From: Candidatus Bathyarchaeota archaeon
GTDB taxonomy: Archaea; Thermoproteota; Bathyarchaeia; Bathyarchaeales; Bathycorpusculaceae
Direction: 5' to 3'
DNA length: 64,000 nt
Assembly (NCBI GenBank): GCA_963826715.1
Contig: CAWGYA010000001.1
Location: 36,715 to 100,714, forward strand
Shown: positions 10,110 to 19,738 of the stretch, one piece after another
How positions within the stretch are numbered: the first letter of the stretch is position 1
How the letters are laid out: every line of letters starts with the position of its first letter
The notes under the pieces: generated by a model
The model's database searches: none
What the model was told of the DNA's origin: nothing
The model's input: the letters and a program-made list of their open reading frames with translations, nothing else
Translations under genes and position numbers: made by a program

Positions 10110-10853
10110 CTATTCGCTGAAGTATTCAACGAAAATGTTACCATTAGCTGTGGATAACTTCAGATCAAGAGTACCTGAGCCATATGTTGTAATACCGTTT
10201 AAGTGAGTTGATGTTTGAATATTTGAGTTGATAGCTATGCCTTGGTAGCTTACCTGTCCATTCGCGGTTGAAGCGTCAATTTTAAAAAGTGTCCCTTCGA
10301 GCAAATCGATGTTTATGTTACCGTTTAAGCTTGATGCTGCTATAGATGTAGCATTATTGTCTTTTATCTCGATTCTGCCGTTATTAGTGGTTGCAACCAC
10401 CGTTATATCGTTTAGCAAAGGTTTGATAATATTTCCATTTAATGTATTAAGGGTCAAGTTGTATTGGCTATTGTTAGGTAATTTGATCACGATACTAGCT
10501 TTGTAGTTAACTTTTATTTCGGTAGAATCTTTGATTTTTGCTTCAGCAATTATTAGGGCGCTCTCACCTTGGGTCTGATTTGTTGTATCAACTATTAATT
10601 GGTTGATGTGCCCTTCTGGAGCTTCGAGCATGTAAGTGATTTCTATGAGGCGGTTATCGGTTGTTTGGATTTCGATGTCTCCGTTGAAGGTTGCGGCTTT
10701 GATTTCTACATTTTGCATAGGAGAAAATGACGATGTCTCTTGTTTTTGCTCAAGGCGGGCTAAGGCACTATTCAGAAAAGAATAACCACCAATTATCAAA
10801 ATACCTACCAAAATAATTGCAGCGCTAATTATGAGTTTATTCTCAAAGTTCAT
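10110..10853 (-). CDS. Membrane-anchored DUF4097-type beta-strand repeat protein
   Basis: N-terminal TM helix; repeated T-x-NG-x-I units. Confidence 0.75.
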   Translation of the reverse strand: MNFENKLIISAAIILVGILIIGGYSFLNSALARLEQKQETSSFSPMQNVEIKAATFNGDIEIQTTDNRLIEITYMLEAPEGHINQLIVDTTNQTQGESALIIAEAKIKDSTEIKVNYKASIVIKLPNNSQYNLTLNTLNGNIIKPLLNDITVVATTNNGRIEIKDNNATSIAASSLNGNINIDLLEGTLFKIDASTANGQVSYQGIAINSNIQTSTHLNGITTYGSGTLDLKLSTANGNIFVEYFSE

Positions 10854-11167
10854 TCTTACCGCACCTACAGTTTGTTCCCATTTGTATGTCGACTAATAGT
10901 AGTTATAAGATTTTTCATCGCGCAATATACTTCTTAGAAAAAAAAATTCTAATTAAAAAATATCTTGGGAAAATTTCGAGAAAACCCAACTTCAATGTTT
11001 CTTCGGATAAAACTATTTTGATAGAAATTTGGTAGACAAATATTAAACATTAAACCCTAACTCCTTTTTTATTCGTCCGTTTTTAATCCAAAAATTATGA
11101 GTAAACAAAGTGCGCTTTCCGAAAAATATATCAACAAAAACGTGAGCTTTTTCATCGGCAACAAAAG

Positions 11168-12262
11168 ATGACCACAACAGAACGGATTTTTGTAAAAAAA
11201 GCTACAAAAAAGAGGGGGAGCCGAGAAAGCCGCAAAGCAAGTTTCATTTTTTACCAAGCTCTCTATGGGCCATTCGTTTTTCTTAGGGCAATTTATCGCC
11301 AAGTAATTATCCTTGCAACAATGTTCATTTGGGGTGCTATAATTTTCTCTATTTATGAGCAGCTTCCACCCCTTAGTGCCCTTCTTGCTTCCGTTTCAAC
11401 AATAACCACAATCGGATTTTATGTTCCCAACGGAGGCAACTACTTCACTATGAATCCAAGCGAATCGGTGCTCTTAATTATAATGATCGTTATATCGGTA
11501 GGAGCAGGGGCGTCTATATTGCAAAGTAGCATTAACACAATTGTTAAAGGAGATTTAGCTAAAAGTCAAGCAGAAAAAAGGCTTATCAGCAAACTATGTC
11601 AGCATGTTATCGTTTTAGGTTACACCCATTGGGGACGCTACGTTGCTGAGAAGCTTGAAGAACTAGGTTTAGACAACGTTATCGTCACTCAGGATCTCCG
11701 AACTTACGAAGAATTGCTCAAAAAAGATGCCTTCGTTGTTTTTGAACAAGCGACACAACCAATGGAATCATTAAAAGCTGCAGGCATAGAACGAGCCTTA
11801 ATCGTTGTTAGCGCACACCAGAAAGACGCTGATAACATGCTTTCTGTCCTTAGCGCTAGAAAGCTTCGTCCAGATATTAGAATAATAAGCGTTGTTCATG
11901 ATCAATCCCTAATTGAGACTGCAAAAAACGCTGGCGCTGATATGGTTATACCTTCCTCAGTGACAGTTGGTCATCTACTTGCACTTTCTGCTGTAACCCA
12001 GAATTTAGTAGGTGTTGTATTCTCGGAGCGCATAGGTACGAAAGAGATTGCAGAGTTCTCGGTTTTTAAATCATCGCCTCTTATCGGCAAGTCATTATCC
12101 GAGATTTCAAGTTGTGTAACTATTATAGGACTTGTTCGAGAAGGAAAGGTAATAAAAAATCTCTTCGACCCATCACTGCGGATAAATGAAGATGACACAT
12201 TACTCGTTTTTGGCGATCCTTCATGCACCGTATCGTTAGAAGAACAAGCAAAAGCGCTTTAA
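11168..12262 (+). CDS. Two-TM ion channel with TrkA-N/TrkA-C (RCK) domains
   Basis: Pore helix STITTIGF, Rossmann HVIVLGYTHWG, C-terminal TrkA-C; true start may be downstream. Confidence 0.85.
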   Translation: MTTTERIFVKKATKKRGSRESRKASFIFYQALYGPFVFLRAIYRQVIILATMFIWGAIIFSIYEQLPPLSALLASVSTITTIGFYVPNGGNYFTMNPSESVLLIIMIVISVGAGASILQSSINTIVKGDLAKSQAEKRLISKLCQHVIVLGYTHWGRYVAEKLEELGLDNVIVTQDLRTYEELLKKDAFVVFEQATQPMESLKAAGIERALIVVSAHQKDADNMLSVLSARKLRPDIRIISVVHDQSLIETAKNAGADMVIPSSVTVGHLLALSAVTQNLVGVVFSERIGTKEIAEFSVFKSSPLIGKSLSEISSCVTIIGLVREGKVIKNLFDPSLRINEDDTLLVFGDPSCTVSLEEQAKAL

Positions 12263-12390
12263 CCTTAAGATAAGCCTTCAAAAGTAAATTATAACAAGCA
12301 GTGACAAAGAGCTAATAAATTCGTTAGAACTAACAAACATCACAGCACATCCTAAGACCACTAAAGAATAATAATTTGATAAATTAAGAA

Positions 12391-12482
12391 GAGGCTATAC
12401 CCTAAAGGAATGCCTTGTGCGGTTGTGATCTTGACTGGGAGAACTCAAGCGAGAGCAAACCGATTAATTTTAGCCATCCTCT
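12391..12482 (+). ncRNA. Possible structured RNA (unassigned)
   Basis: Nested complementary segments GGCTA/TAGCC, AAGG/CCTT, CGGTT/AACCG and CTTGA/TCAAG in a more GC-rich patch of an AT-rich intergenic region; strand uncertain. Confidence 0.25.
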
Positions 12483-12630
12483 CAATAGTTTTTGCCGAAC
12501 AGCAATCTGTAAAATTACGATTATTAAAAAACTATGACTGCAAAATTATTAAAAATCGATAACAAATGAATACATTTAAACCCAAATCAAAAAAGTTTTG
12601 AAAAGATTGATCACAATTGTAAAAATTAAG

Positions 12631-12704
12631 TGCGGGAACCGGGATTTGAACCCGGGTCCTAGACTTGGCAAGCCTATGTACTAACCAAGCTGTACTATTC
12701 CCGC
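12631..12704 (-). tRNA. tRNA-Gly(GCC), no intron, CCA not encoded
   Basis: Reverse complement folds as a cloverleaf: acceptor GCGGGAA/TTCCCGC, anticodon arm TAGGC-TTGCCAA-GTCTA, T-arm CCGGG-TTCAAAT-CCCGG. Confidence 0.97.
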
Positions 12705-13178
12705 ATTTAGCGTGTTTGCACGCAACAATCTAAACACACTTCCTAATAAACTATTTTTCTTAGTCTTGAGTCTTTTCTATTTCTAATAAAGTTGACTTAA
12801 ATCCCAGCGAATCATAGCGTCGAAATACCAAAAACTAAAACGAATTCGGTAATTTTCATCAACCACAGTAAAAGATTACAAATAAAGCTGCGGATATATC
12901 AGTAAATTCCATCAATTACTTAATGTTATCCAATTTTAAGAAAGACCAATAAAATATTAAAATGTTATTATTCTTAAAACAGTTCAGTGTTACTGAATTA
13001 TGTCTTTTTTATAATTAGTCATTATACATCAAACTTTTCAGAAATTAAAACCTGAATAGTGGTTAATCTCAAATGTTTCTATGATATAGTTTAGGTTTGA
13101 AACTACTAATTCCCGATTCAGAACTTAAATTCATAAGTCAGTTATAGGGCATAACACAATTTTGCTTACTAATTAAAA

Positions 13179-13376
13179 ATGGAGAAAGTGTGTAGAATGA
13201 AGAATATTGCTGAAAGAAGTAGAAAAGAATTAGAAGCAAAATTTGCCAATGTTTTCGATGAGCAAATTACTAGTTTAGCTACAGAATTGCGGGATATATT
13301 GCTAGATGACATGGTGACAGCCTTCGAAAATAGACTAAAAGTGTTAAATCATGGTCTAGAAAAAACAGCCATTTAG
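13179..13376 (+). CDS. Small helical hypothetical protein
   Basis: Plausible composition (ILLDDMVTAFENRLKV); co-oriented with the downstream regulator. Confidence 0.65.
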   Translation: MEKVCRMKNIAERSRKELEAKFANVFDEQITSLATELRDILLDDMVTAFENRLKVLNHGLEKTAI

Positions 13377-13392
13377 ACGCTAACATGGTTAA

Positions 13393-13410
13393 TAATACTG
13401 ATCAGTAATA
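13393..13410. promoter_or_regulatory. Palindromic operator candidate TACTGATCAGTA upstream of a wHTH gene
   Basis: Perfect 12-bp palindrome 13396-13407 shortly upstream of a TATA-like element; half-site recurs at 12899 and 12983-12997. Confidence 0.45.
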
Positions 13411-13463
13411 CATAAACGATATATACAAAAAAAGATGACATAGACAAAAGAGGAAACAAAAAA

Positions 13464-13757
13464 GTGCGTCGATCTAAACTCGAAATGTATGTTGACATAC
13501 TCACGGTACTTGCTCACAGGGGTCCATTAAAACTAACACATGTCATGTATAAAGCGAACGTAAATTGCAGCGTCCTCAAAGAATACTTGGACTTCCTTAT
13601 GAAGCAGGAACTAGTTGAAGAACGCACCGTCGGTAAACGACGAGTGGTTTTCGCCGTAACTCAACGAGGCATCACGGTTCTAAAATACTTCAAAGAACTC
13701 AAGCAGGTTCTGCCCATAGTCGAAGAAGCAAGAAACCAAGCGCCTGTTCCCTATTAA
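13464..13757 (+). CDS. Winged helix-turn-helix transcription regulator (HTH_45-like)
   Basis: RRSKLEMYVDIL...THVMYKANVN...YLDFL...VTQRG pattern. Confidence 0.88.
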   Translation: MRRSKLEMYVDILTVLAHRGPLKLTHVMYKANVNCSVLKEYLDFLMKQELVEERTVGKRRVVFAVTQRGITVLKYFKELKQVLPIVEEARNQAPVPY

Positions 13758-13959
13758 AACCCTTTCTTAAAACACCTCCTTTCCCCCAATTCTTTAAATA
13801 AGCTTTAACCTAACTTTTTATTTGAATTTTAGTCACTTTCTTGCGTCTGCCCTTAGGCTTAAAAATATGAATTTCAGTATCGCAAGACTTAATAAACAGA
13901 AAAATAGCATATGCTTTAGTATACAACAACTGTACACATGAAAAACAACTCGGGGATAT

Positions 13960-14352
13960 TTGGTGATAAGAAACGATTTATCTAGCAAGAAACCGTTGAA
14001 CATACTTGAAAAGATAGAAGAGAGCCTCGAGAAGTTAAATGACAAAATGGAAGTTATGATTGAGATTCAACGGAATAACAACACCTCAGAAGGTTCGAGA
14101 CCTAAAGCGGCTTTACCTGATGTGTCTTTGGATGTTATGACTTTGCTATCAATGCCCGATCACCTTCGCAAAACCGCCATGACAATTTGCAGAGCCGGTC
14201 GCGCCACAGCTGAAGAAGTTTCGGACCAAACTGAACGAGCAAGGGCTGTTGAGAGCGCCTATCTTAATCAGCTAGTCATTATGGGTTACCTAAAAAAGGA
14301 GCGTAAGGGAAGAAAAGCTTATTTCTACATAGAACGAGAGACAAAGAGTTGA
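13960..14352 (+). CDS. Coiled-coil + winged-helix DNA-binding protein
   Basis: N-terminal heptads; ATAEEVS..T.RARAVESAYLNQL..MGYL.KERKGRKAYF. Confidence 0.8.
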   Translation: MVIRNDLSSKKPLNILEKIEESLEKLNDKMEVMIEIQRNNNTSEGSRPKAALPDVSLDVMTLLSMPDHLRKTAMTICRAGRATAEEVSDQTERARAVESAYLNQLVIMGYLKKERKGRKAYFYIERETKS

Positions 14353-14356
14353 GCTT

Positions 14357-15136
14357 ATGAGCAAAATAATCGCTGTTCACTCCTATAAAGGCGGAACTGG
14401 AAAAACATCTCTATCGGTTAACTTGGCAGCTACGTTTGCCAAAAGCGGAAAAAAAGTTTGCCTATTTGACCTTGACTTTAGAGCTCCCAGCTTATTCGCG
14501 ATCTTGAAAGCGCAAAATGGAGAATACTGGTTCAATGATTACTTGAATAACGCATGTGAAATTAAACAAGCCATGATAGATTTAAGTGACCGCATTTCAG
14601 GGAATGGAAAACTCTATGCTAGTCTCGCCAACCCCGCGACTGAGGCTATTCGTGATATATCGTCTAAAGACCGCAAATGGGAAATGCGTGCGCTGGGTAG
14701 ATTACTTGCTCTTAGGGAAACTTTACTACGCGACGAAAAATTCGATTATTTGGTCTTTGACACCAGTCCGGGATTACAGTATTCCTCGATTAATGCTATA
14801 GTAGCGGCGGACTTTGTGGTAGTAGCAACAACCGGCGACCGTTCAGATGTAGATGGAACTAAACGCATGCTCGCAGAGCTCTATAATCTCTTCGAAAAGA
14901 AAACTGGCTTAGTATTAAACAAAGTACTTGATCCTTCAGCTGCATCTCGAAAGGCTGAGATGCAGAACAAAATCAAAGCAGAATATCAGGTTCCCATGCT
15001 GGGCATGGTACCGTGCTTTTGCGAAATTCTACGTGCAGAAGGCAACTTAATCTTCGTTGAAGATAAACCTGACCACCCTTTCACAAAGATTCTGAACGAG
15101 ATGGCCGGAAAAATTGATAAGAACGAAGTAAACTAA
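14357..15136 (+). CDS. MinD/ParA family ATPase
   Basis: Deviant Walker A KGGTGKT, DLD and DTSPG motifs. Confidence 0.92.
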   Translation: MSKIIAVHSYKGGTGKTSLSVNLAATFAKSGKKVCLFDLDFRAPSLFAILKAQNGEYWFNDYLNNACEIKQAMIDLSDRISGNGKLYASLANPATEAIRDISSKDRKWEMRALGRLLALRETLLRDEKFDYLVFDTSPGLQYSSINAIVAADFVVVATTGDRSDVDGTKRMLAELYNLFEKKTGLVLNKVLDPSAASRKAEMQNKIKAEYQVPMLGMVPCFCEILRAEGNLIFVEDKPDHPFTKILNEMAGKIDKNEVN

Positions 15137-15212
15137 TTTTTTCTTTTCCTATTTTGCTTACAAAAAGGCTTAAACAATACTAATTTGTCATTTTGGAAGA
15201 AAGAGACGGTAT

Positions 15213-15827
15213 TTGATGAATAGATCAGCGATTATTTTAGCAGGCGGTTTATCAACACGATTTGATGGCATCGATAAAGGCATGTTTCTTTTAAATGGCA
15301 AGCCTCTGCTAACACATGTTATTGATGGCATCAATGGTCTTGTTGATGAAATAATCATAGTTACCAACTCATCTATGCGCGCTACGGTTTACTCGAAGAT
15401 TGTTCCCGCGGATACTAAATTTGTCGTTGACATCGAAGAAGCCAAAGGACCTTTAATCGGAACTTTGACCGGTTTTGAAGTTGCCAAAGGCAAGTATTCA
15501 TTGGTGTTACCCTTTGACAGTCCATTAATCTCACGAAATGTAATTTCATTGATGCTTGATTTATGCGAAGGCAAAGCGGCGGCGGTTCCACGTTACCCTA
15601 ATAGGGAAATAGAACCTCTCCATGCAGTTTACGAAACCAAACAAGCGTTGGAAGCAGCGAGAGAAGCTATAGCGGAAGATAAATTTGACATGCATACCTT
15701 GGTTGATAAGCTTCATGGTGTACGTTATGTTTCAACTATGGTTATTGAACAATTAGACCCCGCCCTCAAAACCTTTGTTAATATTAATACTCCAAATGAT
15801 CTGAAAAAAGTGATGTCAGGTAAATAA
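15213..15827 (+). CDS. mobA: Molybdenum cofactor guanylyltransferase
   Basis: ILAGG.STRF...K, GPL.G, EPLHAVY and NINTP.DL motifs. Confidence 0.9.
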   Translation: MMNRSAIILAGGLSTRFDGIDKGMFLLNGKPLLTHVIDGINGLVDEIIIVTNSSMRATVYSKIVPADTKFVVDIEEAKGPLIGTLTGFEVAKGKYSLVLPFDSPLISRNVISLMLDLCEGKAAAVPRYPNREIEPLHAVYETKQALEAAREAIAEDKFDMHTLVDKLHGVRYVSTMVIEQLDPALKTFVNINTPNDLKKVMSGK

Positions 15828-16079
15828 AATCAAATCCAAAAAAAGTCAGTTAAAATGGAAAATGATTTAATGAGATTCCTGCTCTGTCTCATCCATGGCA
15901 CTTGATTTTTAATTGTGGGTTAGGTTTCTATGTTCCAAATAATGTTAAAAAAACTAAGTTTTTACATCTATATTTTCGCGGTCCCATATGGATTTTTAAT
16001 ATATCCAGGAGAACTGCACATAAAAAATATTGAAAGTTAACAATAAAATCACTATCTCTCCTTTTTAAAAAATAACTCG

Positions 16080-17069
16080 TTATATTGGGGGCTTAGCGAT
16101 TTCTGAGCAATTCAGGTTTTTCGTCCATTGATTAAATTCTTCTGAAACGGGGTGGTCTTGGAATAACTTTTTACGATTAGATTCTAATAAGAGATCTTCT
16201 TTACCAGCAAACTCAGCTGCAGTTACTATTTTGTGACCTGAAAATTGTGCTTTCTGGAAGATCTTATCCATTTTGCTGCGCCAAAATTTGTCTCGGAGTG
16301 TGTGATGCTCCAAAACCACCAAGGGAACTACCGAAACAATCTTCTCTAGATTTATCAGACCCAAATCAAGCTGGGACTGCTCAACCCTAAACCCTGCAAG
16401 GTATAGAGGTGGACCTCCAAGCATAATCATAGTGGGTTTAGCACTTATAATGAAGTTTGTCGTGTTCATCGACATCGGGCCTTGCACGTCTGGTGCATGC
16501 ATAAAACGCTCTCCACAACAGTCTATAGTTGTCATGATTACCCAACCTAGAATCCCTCCCTCGACGCCATGTGCCATTGCCCCCGAAAACCGGATTGCTG
16601 TATTGCCAAATTGAAAAGTTTTGTCGTCCGCTTCAACCAATGAATTAGCGTGCTTGCCTCCAGTCTTCATGAACATCAATGCCCGTTGGCGCTGACTGGC
16701 ATTAATGTTCTCTTTGGGGTTTTTGATAAATACCTTTTTCCCTTGATAAATTTGCCTAGCGGTTTCGGATCCATCTGTCCAGTTAACAATCCAATCTGTA
16801 TAGCTTGGAGTGTGGTGGTCGAAGTGGTAATGACTAATCGTGGTGATTGTTGCTTTGTTGGCGGCTTCTGCAATAACTTGTCGGAGATGAGCAATCCTTT
16901 GGAATTCAATAGGGTGGGGCGGCAAGCCAAAACGGTAAGGACAAAGCGATACACCTGCATCGAGCAGTATCACCAGATCAGGTGTCTCTACGAGCGTACA
17001 CATAGAACGTACACCGAAGCTCTCGGCTGCCAGAGGAGTGACCTTAATTTTTTTAAGGGAAAATTCCAT
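16080..17069 (-). CDS. Metallo-beta-lactamase-fold hydrolase (UPF0282-like)
   Basis: AAESFGVRSM, SHYHFDH, DVQGP and EHH.LRD motifs. Confidence 0.88.
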   Translation of the reverse strand: MEFSLKKIKVTPLAAESFGVRSMCTLVETPDLVILLDAGVSLCPYRFGLPPHPIEFQRIAHLRQVIAEAANKATITTISHYHFDHHTPSYTDWIVNWTDGSETARQIYQGKKVFIKNPKENINASQRQRALMFMKTGGKHANSLVEADDKTFQFGNTAIRFSGAMAHGVEGGILGWVIMTTIDCCGERFMHAPDVQGPMSMNTTNFIISAKPTMIMLGGPPLYLAGFRVEQSQLDLGLINLEKIVSVVPLVVLEHHTLRDKFWRSKMDKIFQKAQFSGHKIVTAAEFAGKEDLLLESNRKKLFQDHPVSEEFNQWTKNLNCSEIAKPPI

Positions 17070-17184
17070 GTCAATTTAACCTACATACTCGTTAACTGGT
17101 TGGAGAGTAAAAACTTTCCCACTATTTCCCCGCCGCAAAGCATTAAAGCTTCAGAGCCTAGAGACAAATTATAAGGCTGATTTT

Positions 17185-17751
17185 ATGAGTCAACAACCGA
17201 GAGAAAACAAAAATCTTGAGGTCGCAACATTGGCTGCAGGGTGTTTTTGGTGCACTGAAGCCGCGTTTAGCATAATTAAAGGAGTGGAACACATTGAGCC
17301 AGGCTATACTGGAGGCATGATGCATAGCCCTACCTACGAGCAAGTGTCTACAGGAGAGACAGGACATGCTGAAGCAGCGCAGATTTATTTTGACCCCAAA
17401 ATTATTAGCTACAAAGAAATTCTCGAAATCTTCTTCACAATACATGACCCAACTTCGTGCAACCGTCAAGGTGCGGACGTGGGAACTCAGTACCGCAGTG
17501 CCATATTTTATCATAATCAAGAGCAAGAGAAAACTGCGAAGACCCTAATCGAGGAGCTTAATGCTGAGGGCATTTGGAGCCACCCCATCGTCACGGAAGT
17601 AGTTGAAATCCAACACTTCTACCCAGCCGAAACCTACCACAAAGACTATTATAAAAAGCATCCCAAAGAACCCTATTGCCAAGCTGTGATTACCCCAAAG
17701 ATTGCTAAACTACAGGCGCGTTTCATCGATAAAATCAAGGTTCCCCTATGA
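17185..17751 (+). CDS. msrA: Peptide methionine sulfoxide reductase A
   Basis: GCFWC, GHAE, HDPT..NRQG.DVGTQYRS and AE.YH motifs. Confidence 0.96.
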   Translation: MSQQPRENKNLEVATLAAGCFWCTEAAFSIIKGVEHIEPGYTGGMMHSPTYEQVSTGETGHAEAAQIYFDPKIISYKEILEIFFTIHDPTSCNRQGADVGTQYRSAIFYHNQEQEKTAKTLIEELNAEGIWSHPIVTEVVEIQHFYPAETYHKDYYKKHPKEPYCQAVITPKIAKLQARFIDKIKVPL

Positions 17752-18317
17752 TCCCAGAACCAACTAAGAACAACGTAGACGCTGTTTTGCAAGAGATAGA
17801 AAAAACGGCGCAAGAAAGGGTTTTACCCATAATTGGACCCCAAAAAGGCAAACTTTTGGCGGAAGCAGTGTGCAAAACAAACCCCTTTCATGTTCTGGAG
17901 GTAGGCACATTAATTGGGTATTCGGCAATTTTGATGGGAAAAGAAATGCAGCCAGGTTCAGAAATTGTTACAATAGAAATTCATCCAGATGAAGCAGAAT
18001 TAGCTAGGCAAAACATTCAAAAGGCCCATGTACCGCCCAAAATCAAGGTAATTGTTGGCAACGCCTTAAATGTCATCCCAACTCTACGGGGACCATTCGA
18101 TTTGGTTTTGATTGATGCCGAAAAAACAGGGTACCTCCAATATCTAAAACTCGCTGAACCAAAACTCCATAAGGGTACAGTGGTGTTCGCTGACAATGCG
18201 GGAATCTTCGCCGACCAGATGGCAGATTACATTTCCTATGTGAGAAACAGCGAAAAATACCAAAGCCGCTACATCCAAGTAGAAGAAGATGGGGTAGAAA
18301 TAAGTGTAAAGCTTTAG
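17748..18317 (+). CDS. Class I SAM-dependent O-methyltransferase
   Basis: LEVGTLIGYS, FDLVLIDAEK and ADN motifs. Confidence 0.9.
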   Translation: MIPEPTKNNVDAVLQEIEKTAQERVLPIIGPQKGKLLAEAVCKTNPFHVLEVGTLIGYSAILMGKEMQPGSEIVTIEIHPDEAELARQNIQKAHVPPKIKVIVGNALNVIPTLRGPFDLVLIDAEKTGYLQYLKLAEPKLHKGTVVFADNAGIFADQMADYISYVRNSEKYQSRYIQVEEDGVEISVKL

Positions 18318-18332
18318 TTTTTTAATTTTAAA

Positions 18333-18881
18333 TTAGAATCTTCGAAATCTTTGACGCCCGTTACGTTTGGATTTAGGTTTTCTCAATCGTTCACCACACC
18401 TGGGGCAGTATGCTTTTCCGTCAGATACCACGAGATTTTCACCAGCTGACCAAAAATGGTTGTTTGGACACTGAAGGTCAAAATCGAAGGGTTGAGTTTC
18501 GTAATCTTGGGGGTGGGTAATTATGTCATCTTTGAGAGAACTATTACTTTTTATGATTTCAGTTTTCGGGTAAACTATAGCCGGTGCAAAAGGTTTAGTT
18601 TCTATTGATTTGGGCTCGGTAGCAGCTTTTACCTTGGCGATGACTCTTCTTGAGGCAATGCCATTAGTTACCTTAATTGGCTCAGGAGGAACAATAACTT
18701 TGGATGAAATATTATTTTCGAATTGGATAAATGGCTTTGTGACTTCATTCTGAATTTTGAATGGTTTATGTGCTCGCGGATTTTTGATTTTTATTAGCGG
18801 CGCAGTAGTAGAGGTTCCGCATTGAGGGCACTTTTCGCTGTATTCGACGAGTCTTCGTCCGCATTTTCTGCAAAACGGCAT
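18333..18881 (-). CDS. Double zinc-ribbon protein
   Basis: N-terminal CxxC...CxxC, C-terminal CxxxH...CxxC, basic tail. Confidence 0.75.
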   Translation of the reverse strand: MPFCRKCGRRLVEYSEKCPQCGTSTTAPLIKIKNPRAHKPFKIQNEVTKPFIQFENNISSKVIVPPEPIKVTNGIASRRVIAKVKAATEPKSIETKPFAPAIVYPKTEIIKSNSSLKDDIITHPQDYETQPFDFDLQCPNNHFWSAGENLVVSDGKAYCPRCGERLRKPKSKRNGRQRFRRF

Positions 18882-19004
18882 ATTGTCACTTTAACTTTTT
18901 AGATAAGTGTTGATTTGGCTACCTTTAAACTTTAACCAAGAGGTATAAGCAAAATTGTTTTAAAGTACCTGAATGTTTAAAGGTTGACAACGCAGTTTTT
19001 TTCA

Positions 19005-19131
19005 GGGTGGGCGATGACGAGTCTGGCCCCGCAGACAACTGGATGATGTGGATCTTGAGTGCGAACGACGGTGACGATGATAACTTCAGGCTTGACTTGA
19101 AAGTTTAGCCGCCGCCTCTAAGAGCTCACCT
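19005..19131 (+). ncRNA. Candidate K-turn / C/D-box-like structured RNA
   Basis: TTTAAA about 25 nt upstream; terminal stem GGTGGGC/GCTCACC; C-box-like ATGACGA and ATGATGT; two internal hairpins. Confidence 0.55.
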
Positions 19132-19159
19132 AATGTTGCTCATATAAAAGAAGGAAGTT

Positions 19160-19738
19160 TTATCTTTTTTCCGGCGGGGTTTCCCAAAGCTGCATTTTCT
19201 GTTTTTTGAGCTCAGTACGTTTCTTCTGCAAGTAATTATAAACAGTATGATGTTCGCATCCGTCAATAATCATTTGGACAGCATTGCGTGCAGCGTCAGC
19301 TTGTTCGAAACTACCTATAATTCCGATAGTGTGACCATAAACTACAACATCAGCCTCAGTGAGTTCTTCTATAAGTTTTCTGGTTTTACCTTCGGTGCCT
19401 ATAATTCTACCTTTGATGCGTTTAATATCGGATTCGCTGCGTCCAAAAATTAAACGTAGGTCAATCATGTCATAGATGTCATCTTCATTTCTGATAAGCC
19501 GAAAAGCGGTTTCGGGTGGGAACCCTCTGCCTATGCCTAAAACGACATCTTTAGCTCTAAGGAACAGCGAGGGGTCTTTTGAATTTTCTCTAAGCATAAT
19601 GCCAACGCTGCCTTCCGTTTCGATTTCCATTTTAACGTCGAGTTTATCTTCAATGTACTGTTTGGTTTTGCCGTCTGGACCAATTAAAATACCAACGCGT
19701 TCTTTAGGAATCTTTACAAATGTATCAGGACCAACCAT
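19160..19738 (-). CDS. KH-domain pre-rRNA processing protein (Dim2/Pno1)
   Basis: RVGILIG..G, IGRGF.PE and KGRIIG..GKTR motifs; next to rio1. Confidence 0.93.
   Translation of the reverse strand: MVGPDTFVKIPKERVGILIGPDGKTKQYIEDKLDVKMEIETEGSVGIMLRENSKDPSLFLRAKDVVLGIGRGFPPETAFRLIRNEDDIYDMIDLRLIFGRSESDIKRIKGRIIGTEGKTRKLIEELTEADVVVYGHTIGIIGSFEQADAARNAVQMIIDGCEHHTVYNYLQKKRTELKKQKMQLWETPPEKR

Noticed and set aside
12445-12477. Minus-strand mini-ORF MAKINRFALA resembling a tmRNA tag
   Set aside because: Archaea lack tmRNA and no tRNA-like domain is present; likely chance
12720-13170. AT-rich gap as a replication origin
   Set aside because: No ORB-like repeats with G-strings and no cdc6/orc1 nearby
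12631-15136. Integrated element at tRNA-Gly
   Set aside because: No duplicated tRNA 3' end (att site) or intact integrase found in the window
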